Source of the DNA: an uncultured virus (IMG/VR IMGVR_UViG_3300025168_000002) | Lineage: Duplodnaviria; Heunggongvirae; Uroviricota; Caudoviricetes; Crassvirales | Strand: one strand, 5' to 3' | Virus record (IMG/VR): IMGVR_UViG_3300025168_000002 | DNA length: 64,000 nt | Shown here: positions 1-8,637 of the stretch, in pieces | Layout of the letters: every line of letters starts with the position of its first letter | Position numbering within the stretch: position 1 is the first letter of the stretch | Translations under genes and position numbers: made by a program | The notes under the pieces: generated by a model | Database searches by the model: none | What the model saw: the letters and a program-made list of their open reading frames with translations, nothing else | Told to the model about the DNA's origin: nothing

Positions 1-631
1 TACCTGCTCCGTTAACATACTGTGAAGAACTACCTGCCATTGTAATGGAAATTGTACCATTACTTGTTACTGGCGCACCACCTGTTGTAAAAGCATTTCC
101 TCCATGAGAAAATCCTACACTTGTTACCGTTCCATTTCCTGTTCCTGCACCTATATCACTTCTTACTTCAGCACCTGTTCTAAACTTAACCGTACCGCTT
201 GCCCCTGATACTAAAAACTTATCAGTATCAGTACCTGCATTAACTATTGTGTTTATTGTTAACGATCCATTAACGGTTGCACCCGCTGTTGTTGTTGTAA
301 ATCTTATGCTGTTATCAGCATATAAATTTACAGCACTATTTCCCCCTACATAATTACTTGCCTGTATGAAGGTTGCCATAATATCATCAACACCCTCTAT
401 TCTTGTTTCGGTAGCTTGTATGTATATTGGCCTTGGATTTGGATCATTAGGATCAGAACTTGCAAACTTTGTAGCTGTAATATAGTTTATATTAGAGGAT
501 CCGCCAGGGGCATCATGATAAATAGTAAAATCTGGTACTTGGTTGCCACCGCTTCCAGGGCCTCCATCCCCCATTTTAATTTTTACGTTATCACAAAACC
601 ATCTATTATCTGTTATATTACAAGAAGACAT
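1..631 (-). CDS. Tail fibre-like protein, N-terminal part (runs off the left edge)
   Basis: Not in the ORF track. I translated an open frame from ATG 631 to base 1 (MSSCNITDNRWFCDNVKIKMGDGG...VNLYADNSIRFTTTTAGATVNG...DTDKFLVSGASGTVKFRTGAEVRSDIGAG...SSSQYVNGAG). G/T/S-rich, with promoter TATATTTG at 654-661. Confidence 0.8.
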   Translation of the reverse strand, partial: MSSCNITDNRWFCDNVKIKMGDGGPGSGGNQVPDFTIYHDAPGGSSNINYITATKFASSDPNDPNPRPIYIQATETRIEGVDDIMATFIQASNYVGGNSAVNLYADNSIRFTTTTAGATVNGSLTINTIVNAGTDTDKFLVSGASGTVKFRTGAEVRSDIGAGTGNGTVTSVGFSHGGNAFTTGGAPVTSNGTISITMAGSSSQYVNGAG

Positions 632-715
632 AGTTATTTTTATTTGATTTTTACAAATATACGAATTTAAATAAAAGCGTTATGCCAATATTTAAACCCG
701 TATATGTGATTTAGA

Positions 716-3355
716 TTAAAGTATTTCTGTAATCAATACTCTTGCTTCATTTGTATCTAAAGGATCTACTGTAGAAATAGTAATCGCAGATGTTGAAGTT
801 CTTTCAACTCCACAACCCAAATCATCAAAAGGAGATTCGTTACGATAAATTTGAACCATTACATCTCTTGTTCCTAAATTGTGAGTTACAGTGTAAGTTG
901 TTGCTGAATTGTTACCAATATTTGCAACAGCATTATGATTATTACCAATACAAGTTGTTACCGCTTGACAAAAGTCTGTAATTTGTGATGCTGGTATTGC
1001 AATAGTTGTATTTGACTGACTTGTAACCTGACCATAAGCATTAGTAGTAATAGATGACGTTTGTGTTGCAGAACCTGAAGAAGCATCTGCTCCCGAATCT
1101 AAAGATATTGCTCCTGCTGCACTTACATTAATTCCTCCTGATGTTGGAACACTTACTAAACCTACTGTAGTAGTTGTTGCAATATCAATATTCGCCTGTA
1201 CTGTTACAAAGTCTCCAATTACCGAAGCTCCTTGAACAGCAGCAGTTTGAGCAATAACCTGATCTCCTATTTCTAATGGCTCTGAAGCATCTCCAAAGAA
1301 ATTACCAGCTACTGTAACAACATAAAAATCACCGACAGCTATAGCAACTCTTGAAGCACCACTTGTTAAGTTTCCTCCACCTACGATTGCACCTGTGCTT
1401 GCATTGAAACCTCCTTTGAAGTCTAATAGACCTACAACGGCAGCGTTTAATTGATTTACGTTTACAGCATCGGTTCCTGAAACTCCAGTTGCAACATCTA
1501 GGATTTTAAATCCTCCCATGTCAATAGTCCCTTCAGCATCACCAAATTGATTTAAGTGAATGTCATCTATATCAATCTTTTTGTTACCAGAACTATTTAT
1601 AATTAATTCAGCCGTAGCTGCTGCCGAAGTAATTGTTGTTAGTTCATTTAAATCTAAGTTAATTGTTACATCATCTGTAGCACTAACCGCTGTATCAATA
1701 CCAGTTGAACCTTGTATTGTTACTGTATTACCATTAGTTATAGATTGGCTTGAGCCACTGTCTGCCGCTAAAGTCCAAGAAGTCATTTCTCCTGTTCCTC
1801 CAGTGTAAGCTATTGTTACCGCTCCTGTTGCTGATGATACACTAATATTAGATCCAGCAACCGCTGAAGTAACCCCTGTATTAGATATTGTTACATTTCC
1901 TGTAGCTCCACTTACCCCAATACCTGTTCCTGCAATATTAGAAAGAACACCATCATTTGTAACATCAAGAATAAATCCGTTAGAACTTGTTGTTATTCCT
2001 GTTCCACCTTGTATATCTACAGTTGAGCCAGCCGTTACGTTTGCTGATGTACCACTGTCTCCTGTTAATAACCACCCACTATATACAGTAGGTAGTGTTG
2101 GCATTGTTACAGTTTTAGTATTTAAAGCAGTTATGTGACCTGTACTATTTGTTGTTACAGAGTCAACCGCTGTAAACGTTCCTGCCGATCCTGGAGAACT
2201 TGTACTAGTAGTATCGCTTCTTGATGTAGTATCGTGAGCTAAAGTTACTGTTCTTGTTCCCGCAATAGAACCGCTAATGTATGTTCCACCAACAACATCT
2301 ACTACTTGACCATTACTAACAGTTTGATTTGATCCTGTCGTTGAGCCAATAGTCCATGAAGTCATTGTTCCTGCACCACCATTAGATGCGGCAGTTATTC
2401 TACCTTGTGCGTCAACTGTAAAGTTAGCCGAAGTATATGACCCTGCCGTTACCGATGTATTATCAAGAGTAATTGTTAAATCATCAGTTGCACTTGCCGC
2501 CGTTGTAATACCAGTTCCGCCAATAAAAGTAGCATTGTTTCCGTTTGTTATTGATTGACTTCCTGAGTCACCAACCAAATTCCATGAACTCATAGTTCCA
2601 GTTCCGCCTGTATATGCAATAGTTACAGCTCCAGTCGCACCACTTACTGATATGTTTGATCCTGCTACCGCAGAAGTTACACCAGTGTTTGTTATAGTCA
2701 TTCCTGTAGCTGTTGTTGCTGTAGAAACTCCTGTTCCCCCTGCTAAATCAACTGTTACTCCGTCATTAACTGTTAAGTTAGACCCTGAATCACCCTGTAA
2801 AGTCCAATTAGTATATCCTCCAGGTACAGACGCCCAAACATTATCACCTCTTAAGAACGTAGAACCACTTGGCGAACCAGAAGCAGATAAATCAATAGTA
2901 CCCATTGTTACAGCTCCAGTTGCAGATGAGTTAACAGTTGATGCCGAAACAAATGTTCCGTTAGCGTTAGTAAAAGTCGTAACCCCTACATTAACCGAGC
3001 CGCTTGATGCTGATGTAATTAATCCTTTTGAATCAACAGTAATACTTGCAAGAGTATAAGATGCTGCGGTAACTCCAGATGCTGGCATATCTACAGATAT
3101 TGTCCCACTAGAAGTTATCGGAGAACTACCAATAGTAAAGTAGTTACTTGAAACACCTACAGATGTAACTGTACCAGCGTTACTATCTAAAGTAATCCAA
3201 CTAGCTCCATTGTAAAATTTTAGAACATTAGAGTCTGATCTATAGATTAACTGACCTTCCCCTGTTACGGAAGGATCAGAAGTTACGTTTTGTACTTTAA
3301 AGTTTTGTAGCTCTGTGTTATTGAGCGAGACATTTTGTAAAAAATTAATTGCCAT
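716..3355 (-). CDS. Tail fibre / virion appendage protein with internal repeats
   Basis: 879 aa, G/T/S-rich; about five SWTLxGDSG..ITNGxTVxIxGGTGI repeats; GVTAxSYTxAxITVDxxGRIT motifs; C-terminal TYTVTHNLGTRDVMVQIY domain. Confidence 0.8.
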   Translation of the reverse strand: MAINFLQNVSLNNTELQNFKVQNVTSDPSVTGEGQLIYRSDSNVLKFYNGASWITLDSNAGTVTSVGVSSNYFTIGSSPITSSGTISVDMPASGVTAASYTLASITVDSKGLITSASSGSVNVGVTTFTNANGTFVSASTVNSSATGAVTMGTIDLSASGSPSGSTFLRGDNVWASVPGGYTNWTLQGDSGSNLTVNDGVTVDLAGGTGVSTATTATGMTITNTGVTSAVAGSNISVSGATGAVTIAYTGGTGTMSSWNLVGDSGSQSITNGNNATFIGGTGITTAASATDDLTITLDNTSVTAGSYTSANFTVDAQGRITAASNGGAGTMTSWTIGSTTGSNQTVSNGQVVDVVGGTYISGSIAGTRTVTLAHDTTSRSDTTSTSSPGSAGTFTAVDSVTTNSTGHITALNTKTVTMPTLPTVYSGWLLTGDSGTSANVTAGSTVDIQGGTGITTSSNGFILDVTNDGVLSNIAGTGIGVSGATGNVTISNTGVTSAVAGSNISVSSATGAVTIAYTGGTGEMTSWTLAADSGSSQSITNGNTVTIQGSTGIDTAVSATDDVTINLDLNELTTITSAAATAELIINSSGNKKIDIDDIHLNQFGDAEGTIDMGGFKILDVATGVSGTDAVNVNQLNAAVVGLLDFKGGFNASTGAIVGGGNLTSGASRVAIAVGDFYVVTVAGNFFGDASEPLEIGDQVIAQTAAVQGASVIGDFVTVQANIDIATTTTVGLVSVPTSGGINVSAAGAISLDSGADASSGSATQTSSITTNAYGQVTSQSNTTIAIPASQITDFCQAVTTCIGNNHNAVANIGNNSATTYTVTHNLGTRDVMVQIYRNESPFDDLGCGVERTSTSAITISTVDPLDTNEARVLITEIL

Positions 3356-3375
3356 GTTATCTGTGTTTTATATTG

Positions 3376-3768
3376 TTAAAATTTATAGGTTAAGCTTAGT
3401 TTAAGTTCCCCTTCATAGTCTTCGTTTTCAAGATCTAATAAATAAGACGGCTCTATGTATAGTTCTTTCCACACATTTAAAGCATACCCAACTCCTAAAG
3501 ACACTTCTTCATCTTCAGTCATTAATCCGTAAGCATATAGGCGTTCACCTAAAGAATATCTTGCTACAAAATTATAGTCATCTCCATTCATCATTACTCC
3601 TGCACTTATTTTATCCATAGTGTACATTACCCCTATGTTGTCCGTTAAATTGTCTAAGCTTATTTCTTCTCCGTCTGCTGGCGAACTAATCATGCTTGTT
3701 ACCATAAATTGTGCTGAAGCTAAAATTGTAAATAAACTTAATACTGATGTTAATAATATTTTTTTCAT
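3376..3768 (-). CDS. Small outer-membrane beta-barrel protein
   Basis: Sec signal peptide ending ASA-Q; alternating beta strands (VSLGVGYAL, LYIEPSY); C-terminal BAM-type signal LSLTYKF. Confidence 0.7.
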   Translation of the reverse strand: MKKILLTSVLSLFTILASAQFMVTSMISSPADGEEISLDNLTDNIGVMYTMDKISAGVMMNGDDYNFVARYSLGERLYAYGLMTEDEEVSLGVGYALNVWKELYIEPSYLLDLENEDYEGELKLSLTYKF

Positions 3769-3782
3769 GTTATGTTTTTTTG

Positions 3783-4505
3783 TTAGTTAAAAAAGGCCTT
3801 TCCTGTTTGTGGCCCGTTAAAAGTTATTGTTACTTGATTTAAACTATCATAATCTACATCTCCGTATACTGTTTCTAACGCTGAGTTAACAACAGATACT
3901 GACGGATACTTATTTAATCCATGATTTACAATCCAAGGATTAGCCGCCACATCTTGAGAAAAAACATAATTTTTATCTCCTGAAGTAGCTCCGCCATACG
4001 TTAGCAAAGATATGAAATAATCTTTATCGTTTATAAGGTTACCAGCACCAGCTCTAAATGATAATCCTATATCAAAAAAATTAGGTTCTGCTCCGTCTTG
4101 TGTAGCTGAATTCCAATTATATACACCAAAATTTGAAGGATTGTCGCTTTGTGAAATTAAAACTACTGAAGATATCAGTGGTACTGAATAGTACGAAGAA
4201 ACGTCTATGTTTGATTTTAACATAAACTTGCTTAACATAAATGTTGTTAAAGAAGAAAAGGCAGGTGTTCCAGCTCCTGAGTTTGAAAAAGATATAGTTC
4301 CAGACCTTCTTACATCACCTGTGTTCCAGTTTTGATACTGATACCTTAATGCGTTGCTTTCTATTTTATTGTTTGTGTTAAGAAAAATAGCAATATCATC
4401 AAAAGTAAAATTCTTTGTTGCCATGTCATTAATAGCATCACTACCAATTACCTTGTCAGTTCCTACTATTATTGATTGTATCGGATACGATGATATTTTA
4501 GACAT
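3783..4505 (-). CDS. Virion structural / tail fibre-associated protein
   Basis: N-terminal MSKISSYP resembles MAKIKNTTAYP of the 57726 ORF; C-terminal WIVNHGLNKYPSVSVV domain resembles the end of the 716 ORF. Confidence 0.6.
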   Translation of the reverse strand: MSKISSYPIQSIIVGTDKVIGSDAINDMATKNFTFDDIAIFLNTNNKIESNALRYQYQNWNTGDVRRSGTISFSNSGAGTPAFSSLTTFMLSKFMLKSNIDVSSYYSVPLISSVVLISQSDNPSNFGVYNWNSATQDGAEPNFFDIGLSFRAGAGNLINDKDYFISLLTYGGATSGDKNYVFSQDVAANPWIVNHGLNKYPSVSVVNSALETVYGDVDYDSLNQVTITFNGPQTGKAFFN

Positions 4506-4909
4506 TACTTATTTTTAATTTTAGTTCCTTTTTCGTATGAGCGTCCTCCAAAGTATGCAGCAACAACAGTTACTAGCAAAACTTTTAAAAGATCTTTCCA
4601 CTCATCATCAACTACAAAGGTAATAAATCCTGAGTCAATAAAAATAAGCAAGATTGTGCTGGTTATTAGAAAAATTAGTACAGCTGGCCGAACAGATTTT
4701 GATAACAAGCTATCTGAAGTCATATCGCTTTTCCACCTTTCTGTTACGTTTTTTTGTTCTTCATTAGCAGCATTATGAAATATTCTTAACATCTCTTTTT
4801 TAAACGCTACTTTTTCATCAGGCGTTTGAATAAATTTATCCACTATGCCTGTTACTTTATCTGCAACCTCTATGCCTGCTGATCCAAAAATTTTATTCCA
4901 TATATTCAT
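4505..4909 (-). CDS. Holin (3TM GTA-type holin family-like)
   Basis: RWKSDM.SDSLLSKSVRP motif, two C-terminal TM segments, AYFGGRSYEK end; overlaps the endolysin gene. Confidence 0.75.
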   Translation of the reverse strand: MNIWNKIFGSAGIEVADKVTGIVDKFIQTPDEKVAFKKEMLRIFHNAANEEQKNVTERWKSDMTSDSLLSKSVRPAVLIFLITSTILLIFIDSGFITFVVDDEWKDLLKVLLVTVVAAYFGGRSYEKGTKIKNK

Positions 4910-5319
4910 AAATCTTTGTATTCTTGTTTTGCATCAAAACTTGGGCAGCTTTTAGTAGAAAAATCTCTATGGCCATATATAATGGCTTCAGGGTGAAATT
5001 TTTTTAAATTTTTTAATAAAATAATTAATGATTTTTTTTGTTCATCGGTTCTAGTGTCTTCCCAGTCTTTCATGTCTTTACTCATGCCTCCTATATAACA
5101 CACACCTAAGCTTTGGTAATTATGTCCAGAAACATGAGCCCCGTATTTGTCCACCATTCTTCCATACTCCATAGAACCATCAAGTCTTATTACAAAGTGA
5201 TAACCTATATCGTCCCAGCCATTTCCTTTTACATGCCAGTCCCTTATATCTTCTGCTGAAAAATCTTTATTTCGTGGAGTTGCAGAACAATGAACAATAA
5301 TTTTTTTTATTGCTCTCAT
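4906..5319 (-). CDS. Endolysin, N-acetylmuramoyl-L-alanine amidase (Amidase_2, T7 lysozyme-like)
   Basis: IIVHCSAT, GWDDIGYHFVI, GAHVSGHN, GVCYIGG, GHRDFSTKSCPSF zinc-amidase motifs. Confidence 0.95.
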   Translation of the reverse strand: MRAIKKIIVHCSATPRNKDFSAEDIRDWHVKGNGWDDIGYHFVIRLDGSMEYGRMVDKYGAHVSGHNYQSLGVCYIGGMSKDMKDWEDTRTDEQKKSLIILLKNLKKFHPEAIIYGHRDFSTKSCPSFDAKQEYKDL

Positions 5320-5322
5320 TCA

Positions 5323-5589
5323 TTATTTTCTTAATTGATAAATTCTATCGTCTAACCTATTTAAAGTTTCTTTCATTTCTAACATTTCTGTTTTTATAAA
5401 AACCAACTCCTTTTGTATTTCTATCATTTGCTCCGTTGGAGTTTGACTTGGTTCTGGCAATTCTTTTGCTATTTCTATTTGTGCTTGTAAAGAATAATAC
5501 ATTCCCACCATACTTGCAACTAACACAATTATAGTAATAAGATTTTTAGGACTAAGACTAACTTTTGTGTTTTCAGAAATAACTGTCAT
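5323..5589 (-). CDS. Single-TM coiled-coil protein (lysis-associated candidate)
   Basis: TM segment LITIIVLVASMVGMYYSL followed by a coiled coil; next to the endolysin. Confidence 0.5.
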   Translation of the reverse strand: MTVISENTKVSLSPKNLITIIVLVASMVGMYYSLQAQIEIAKELPEPSQTPTEQMIEIQKELVFIKTEMLEMKETLNRLDDRIYQLRK

Positions 5590-5590
5590 A

Positions 5591-6370
5591 TTACCAAATA
5601 GCTAGACATGATTCTCTAGCAGACACTGATGTTCCTGTTGAAAATAGTTGTTTTATTTGAACTGGCAAATACTCTCCAACTTTAAAGTTTTTAAATATTA
5701 CCTCATTATCACCGCAAGTTAAAACCCTTAAGTCTACATATTGAGTAGCTAGTGTCATGCTTCCGTTAACTGTATTAGTACCGACGTATAATAAACAGCA
5801 GTCAGAAGAGTCCATTACAGTTGCAGATCCTTTTCCTCCAGATAAATAAATTGTATATGAATTATTAAAAGTTGTTGGTGTACCAAAAATATCAACATCT
5901 AAACTTAAAACGCTTCCGTTCACAAACTGAACTACCGCTTGAGTATTTGCTGTTGTATTGTAAACTATATCGCCACCACTTACTCCTAATGCTCCAAAAT
6001 CTTGACTTGCATCTATTAAGGTTTTTAATCTTAAAATTCTATAATCTTCTCCACCAACAGCAGCAGAAAATATATTGGCAGTCATCAACACTTTAGTTGT
6101 TGCTGCACTTACAGCAACTGAATTTCCAGCGTTAGTTAAGTTGTAAACTATATCGCCAGCCACAACTGGAAGAGGGGGTGTTGTTGCTGTAAAATTTACA
6201 CTCGTATCAACACAAAAGTTAGTGTCTGCCCCTGTTGTTGTTCCTCTTATTACAGAATCTCCTGTTCCAGTTACCAAAGATACGTTAGGTAAAGCTGGAA
6301 TATGATTAGTATCACTAGCTAGAACGCCAGCGGATAGACCTGTATTTACTACTATTTTTTGATATGCCAT
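5591..6370 (-). CDS. Putative virion structural protein
   Basis: 259 aa, beta-rich; two GDIVYN modules; C-terminal GEYLPVQIKQLFSTGT. Confidence 0.55.
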   Translation of the reverse strand: MAYQKIVVNTGLSAGVLASDTNHIPALPNVSLVTGTGDSVIRGTTTGADTNFCVDTSVNFTATTPPLPVVAGDIVYNLTNAGNSVAVSAATTKVLMTANIFSAAVGGEDYRILRLKTLIDASQDFGALGVSGGDIVYNTTANTQAVVQFVNGSVLSLDVDIFGTPTTFNNSYTIYLSGGKGSATVMDSSDCCLLYVGTNTVNGSMTLATQYVDLRVLTCGDNEVIFKNFKVGEYLPVQIKQLFSTGTSVSARESCLAIW

Positions 6371-6375
6371 TTTTT

Positions 6376-6549
6376 TTATTTTTTATATGGAAAAACTCTA
6401 TTAAGAGAGTCTCTCCGATCCCCACAACCACAGTCACTCATACCAGCGGCTTTAGCCATTTTATCAGCAACACGATCTAAACCTGTTGCTTTCGTTACTT
6501 TTGCTATTGTATCGCCTAAACCCTTAGACGGTCTATTTACATTTTGCAT
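6376..6549 (-). CDS. Small phage protein (GLGDT...DCGC family)
   Basis: SKGLGDTIAKVTKATGLDRVADKMAKAAGMSDCGCGDRRDSLNRVFPY; ATG at 6549 preferred over the GTG at 6570. Confidence 0.75.
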   Translation of the reverse strand: MQNVNRPSKGLGDTIAKVTKATGLDRVADKMAKAAGMSDCGCGDRRDSLNRVFPYKK

Positions 6550-6656
6550 GAGCAAGTTGTGTTTGGGCACTCACTTACCTCAAAAGATAAGAAGTTCATT
6601 AAACTATTCCATTTACACTGTAAATACGAATACAAAGATATTAATTTTTCTTTCAT
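6537..6656 (-). CDS. 39-aa Cys-containing microprotein
   Basis: Hand-translated MKEKLISLYSYLQCKWNSLMNFLSFEVSECPNTTCSCKM; fills the gap between neighbouring genes. Confidence 0.55.
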   Translation of the reverse strand: MKEKLISLYSYLQCKWNSLMNFLSFEVSECPNTTCSCKM

Positions 6657-6664
6657 TTATTTAG

Positions 6665-6889
6665 CTATCTGTTGCGATCTCTTGAATTAACTGGCGTCGC
6701 TGGGCGAGCAGTTATAAATTGAACATGAGAATCTGGTTTTACCTCTTTAGGAGGCTCTACTGTTTTAGTTTTACCAGGAACACCTGATGTTTTTAAAGCA
6801 ACCTTCTCTTCATAAGTTAAGTTTGCTAAAGCTTTAGGCTCTTTTTTTAATAAATTTTTTTTTGCTGTCTTTGATTTCTTTTTTGCCAT
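6665..6889 (-). CDS. Basic hypothetical protein
   Basis: 74 aa, MAKKKSKTAKK; A-rich leader. Confidence 0.7.
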   Translation of the reverse strand: MAKKKSKTAKKNLLKKEPKALANLTYEEKVALKTSGVPGKTKTVEPPKEVKPDSHVQFITARPATPVNSRDRNR

Positions 6890-6903
6890 AATATTTTATT
6901 TAA

Positions 6904-7101
6904 TTATTTTCTACTACAACCAAAGTTTTTTGCATAGTTTGCCATTTTTACTACAGACTCAGAATAGTTGTCTGTTTTTTTCATGACAGCAGAGGCAGCA
7001 CTGCACGCATCTTTAAATCCGTTTTGTTTTGCCCAAGACGTAAATTTACCTTGGTTAGACTTTTTTATTTCAGGAAATTTATTTTTAGTTCTTCCCGCCA
7101 T
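6904..7101 (-). CDS. Basic hypothetical protein
   Basis: 65 aa, MAGRTKNKFPEIKKSNQGKFTSWAK...KMANYAKNF. Confidence 0.75.
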   Translation of the reverse strand: MAGRTKNKFPEIKKSNQGKFTSWAKQNGFKDACSAASAVMKKTDNYSESVVKMANYAKNFGCSRK

Positions 7102-7103
7102 AA

Positions 7104-7295
7104 TTATCTTAAATGATCGTGTCTTACTATTTTTGCTGTGTGTCTGTAAGACATTGATTTGTCAGCACCGTAAGAATGACCATACATTTTTTTTGACATT
7201 CCTTTTGATTCATCTCTTCTGTCTTTCATTGATTGAGACTTCTTGCCATTTCTAGCTCCTAGTGACTCATTTAACCTGTCGTTATATCCTTGCAT
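7104..7295 (-). CDS. Basic hypothetical protein
   Basis: 63 aa, QGYNDRLNESLGARNGKKSQSMKDRRDESKGM. Confidence 0.75.
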   Translation of the reverse strand: MQGYNDRLNESLGARNGKKSQSMKDRRDESKGMSKKMYGHSYGADKSMSYRHTAKIVRHDHLR

Positions 7296-7311
7296 AATTT
7301 TATTTTTTATA

Positions 7312-7482
7312 TTAATAACTTGAACTCATTTTCTTTTCCATACCATATCCTGGGTTATTCTTCTTGTTACCACCCATTTCTTTTGTAAACTGTCCTGCTT
7401 GAGCCTTTCCTACTGCGTTATAAGGAAAAACTTTTTTCATATTTTTGCCCGTATCAGGACATTTGTATTTTACTGTAGGCAT
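7312..7482 (-). CDS. 56-aa basic microprotein
   Basis: Hand-translated MPTVKYKCPDTGKNMKKVFPYNAVGKAQAGQFTKEMGGNKKNNPGYGMEKKMSSSY; TAATG coupling to the upstream ORF. Confidence 0.75.
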   Translation of the reverse strand: MPTVKYKCPDTGKNMKKVFPYNAVGKAQAGQFTKEMGGNKKNNPGYGMEKKMSSSY

Positions 7483-7643
7483 TACTTTTTATTTTTATTC
7501 ATTTTAGCTCCAGCAATTCTATCAGCTTGAGTAATCTTCGGGTTATTGTCTATGCCTGCTTTTATACTAAGCATTCCGAATTTATCTATGTCTTTATTTT
7601 TAAACCCTATACTGTTGTAGTCTTTTTTATTTTTATTTCTCAT
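7482..7643 (-). CDS. 53-aa basic microprotein
   Basis: Hand-translated MRNKNKKDYNSIGFKNKDIDKFGMLSIKAGIDNNPKITQADRIAGAKMNKNKK. Confidence 0.75.
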   Translation of the reverse strand: MRNKNKKDYNSIGFKNKDIDKFGMLSIKAGIDNNPKITQADRIAGAKMNKNKK

Positions 7644-7645
7644 GA

Positions 7646-8296
7646 TTACATTCTTTTTCTATTAGGATTTCTTCTGTTAGACTTAATCTTGTTTATTTTC
7701 TTTTTAACAACTTTTTTAACTGTTTTGCCTACTTTTTTTGCAATTCTTTTAGCTCCTCTACCTACACTTCCAGCCACAGTGCCTATCGTTGCTCCGCTCA
7801 TAGCTGCTCCTGCTGTTCTTGCTGCTAACATTCCCACAGCTTTTCCTACTGGAGTTGTTGCTAAAGCTGTACCTGCCGCTAATTTTACTCCCGTTTTAAT
7901 AGCCTTACCTACCCCTCTAACAGCTGCTTTTCTTCTTGATTTACGAGTTGTTACAGTGTCTACATCTCTGCTATAACCCGTATTTAAATTTCTCTTTGTT
8001 CCTTTTTTTGTAATAGTAGCTCCTTTAACACCTTTTTTATAAGTTTTAGTTGTAGTCAAACTTCCAGATTTTCCCTGTGTATTTCTTCTTTTAGTAATAG
8101 TATTTGCTTTCTTTTTTCCTGCTGCAAATTCTTTTTTCTTTTTAAGAGTACCGTCTTTACGAAGCTTAGTAACAGTCTTAGTTCCGTCAGTTCTTGTTGT
8201 TGTAGATTTTTTAATTCTTCCTACCGCCTCACCTTTTCCTTTTCTTCTTCTTTTATTTACAACAGTAGTTTCTCTTACTTGGACTTTTTTTGCCAT
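7646..8296 (-). CDS. Highly basic (K/R/T-rich) protein
   Basis: 216 aa with very few acidic residues and a central Ala/Gly hydrophobic stretch; own promoter at 8320-8327. Confidence 0.75.
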   Translation of the reverse strand: MAKKVQVRETTVVNKRRRKGKGEAVGRIKKSTTTRTDGTKTVTKLRKDGTLKKKKEFAAGKKKANTITKRRNTQGKSGSLTTTKTYKKGVKGATITKKGTKRNLNTGYSRDVDTVTTRKSRRKAAVRGVGKAIKTGVKLAAGTALATTPVGKAVGMLAARTAGAAMSGATIGTVAGSVGRGAKRIAKKVGKTVKKVVKKKINKIKSNRRNPNRKRM

Positions 8297-8339
8297 GGCT
8301 TTTTTTAGTTTTAATTTTACAAATATAAGAATTAATTAA

Positions 8340-8636
8340 TTAGCATCTCCAGCGTCGTAACGCCATCGCCTTTCTTGTTGGCCTTCCCTTCTTATCTCTT
8401 AAGGGCCCTTTCATTCCACTCATTCTAGCACAAAAAGATTTTCTTCTTGAAGCTCTTTTACCTGTAGCGTTTTTTTCTGTTACAGCCGTTTTTAATTTAC
8501 TGCCAGGATTTTTACGTCTATATGCCGCAACACCTTTCTTAGTCATTCCAGCTCCAGACTTAGTAGATCGGTAGTTCCCTCCCTTTCCTGTAGACCTGGC
8601 TATCCTTCCTTTTTTAGTTCTTCCTCTAGTGGCCAT
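8340..8636 (-). CDS. Basic phage protein (DUF6321-like)
   Basis: GAGMTKKGVAAYRRKNPGSKLKTAVT...RRKSFCARMSGMKGP...RKAMALRRWRC, a motif I recall from aquatic phages. Confidence 0.75.
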   Translation of the reverse strand: MATRGRTKKGRIARSTGKGGNYRSTKSGAGMTKKGVAAYRRKNPGSKLKTAVTEKNATGKRASRRKSFCARMSGMKGPLRDKKGRPTRKAMALRRWRC

Positions 8637-8637
8637 A

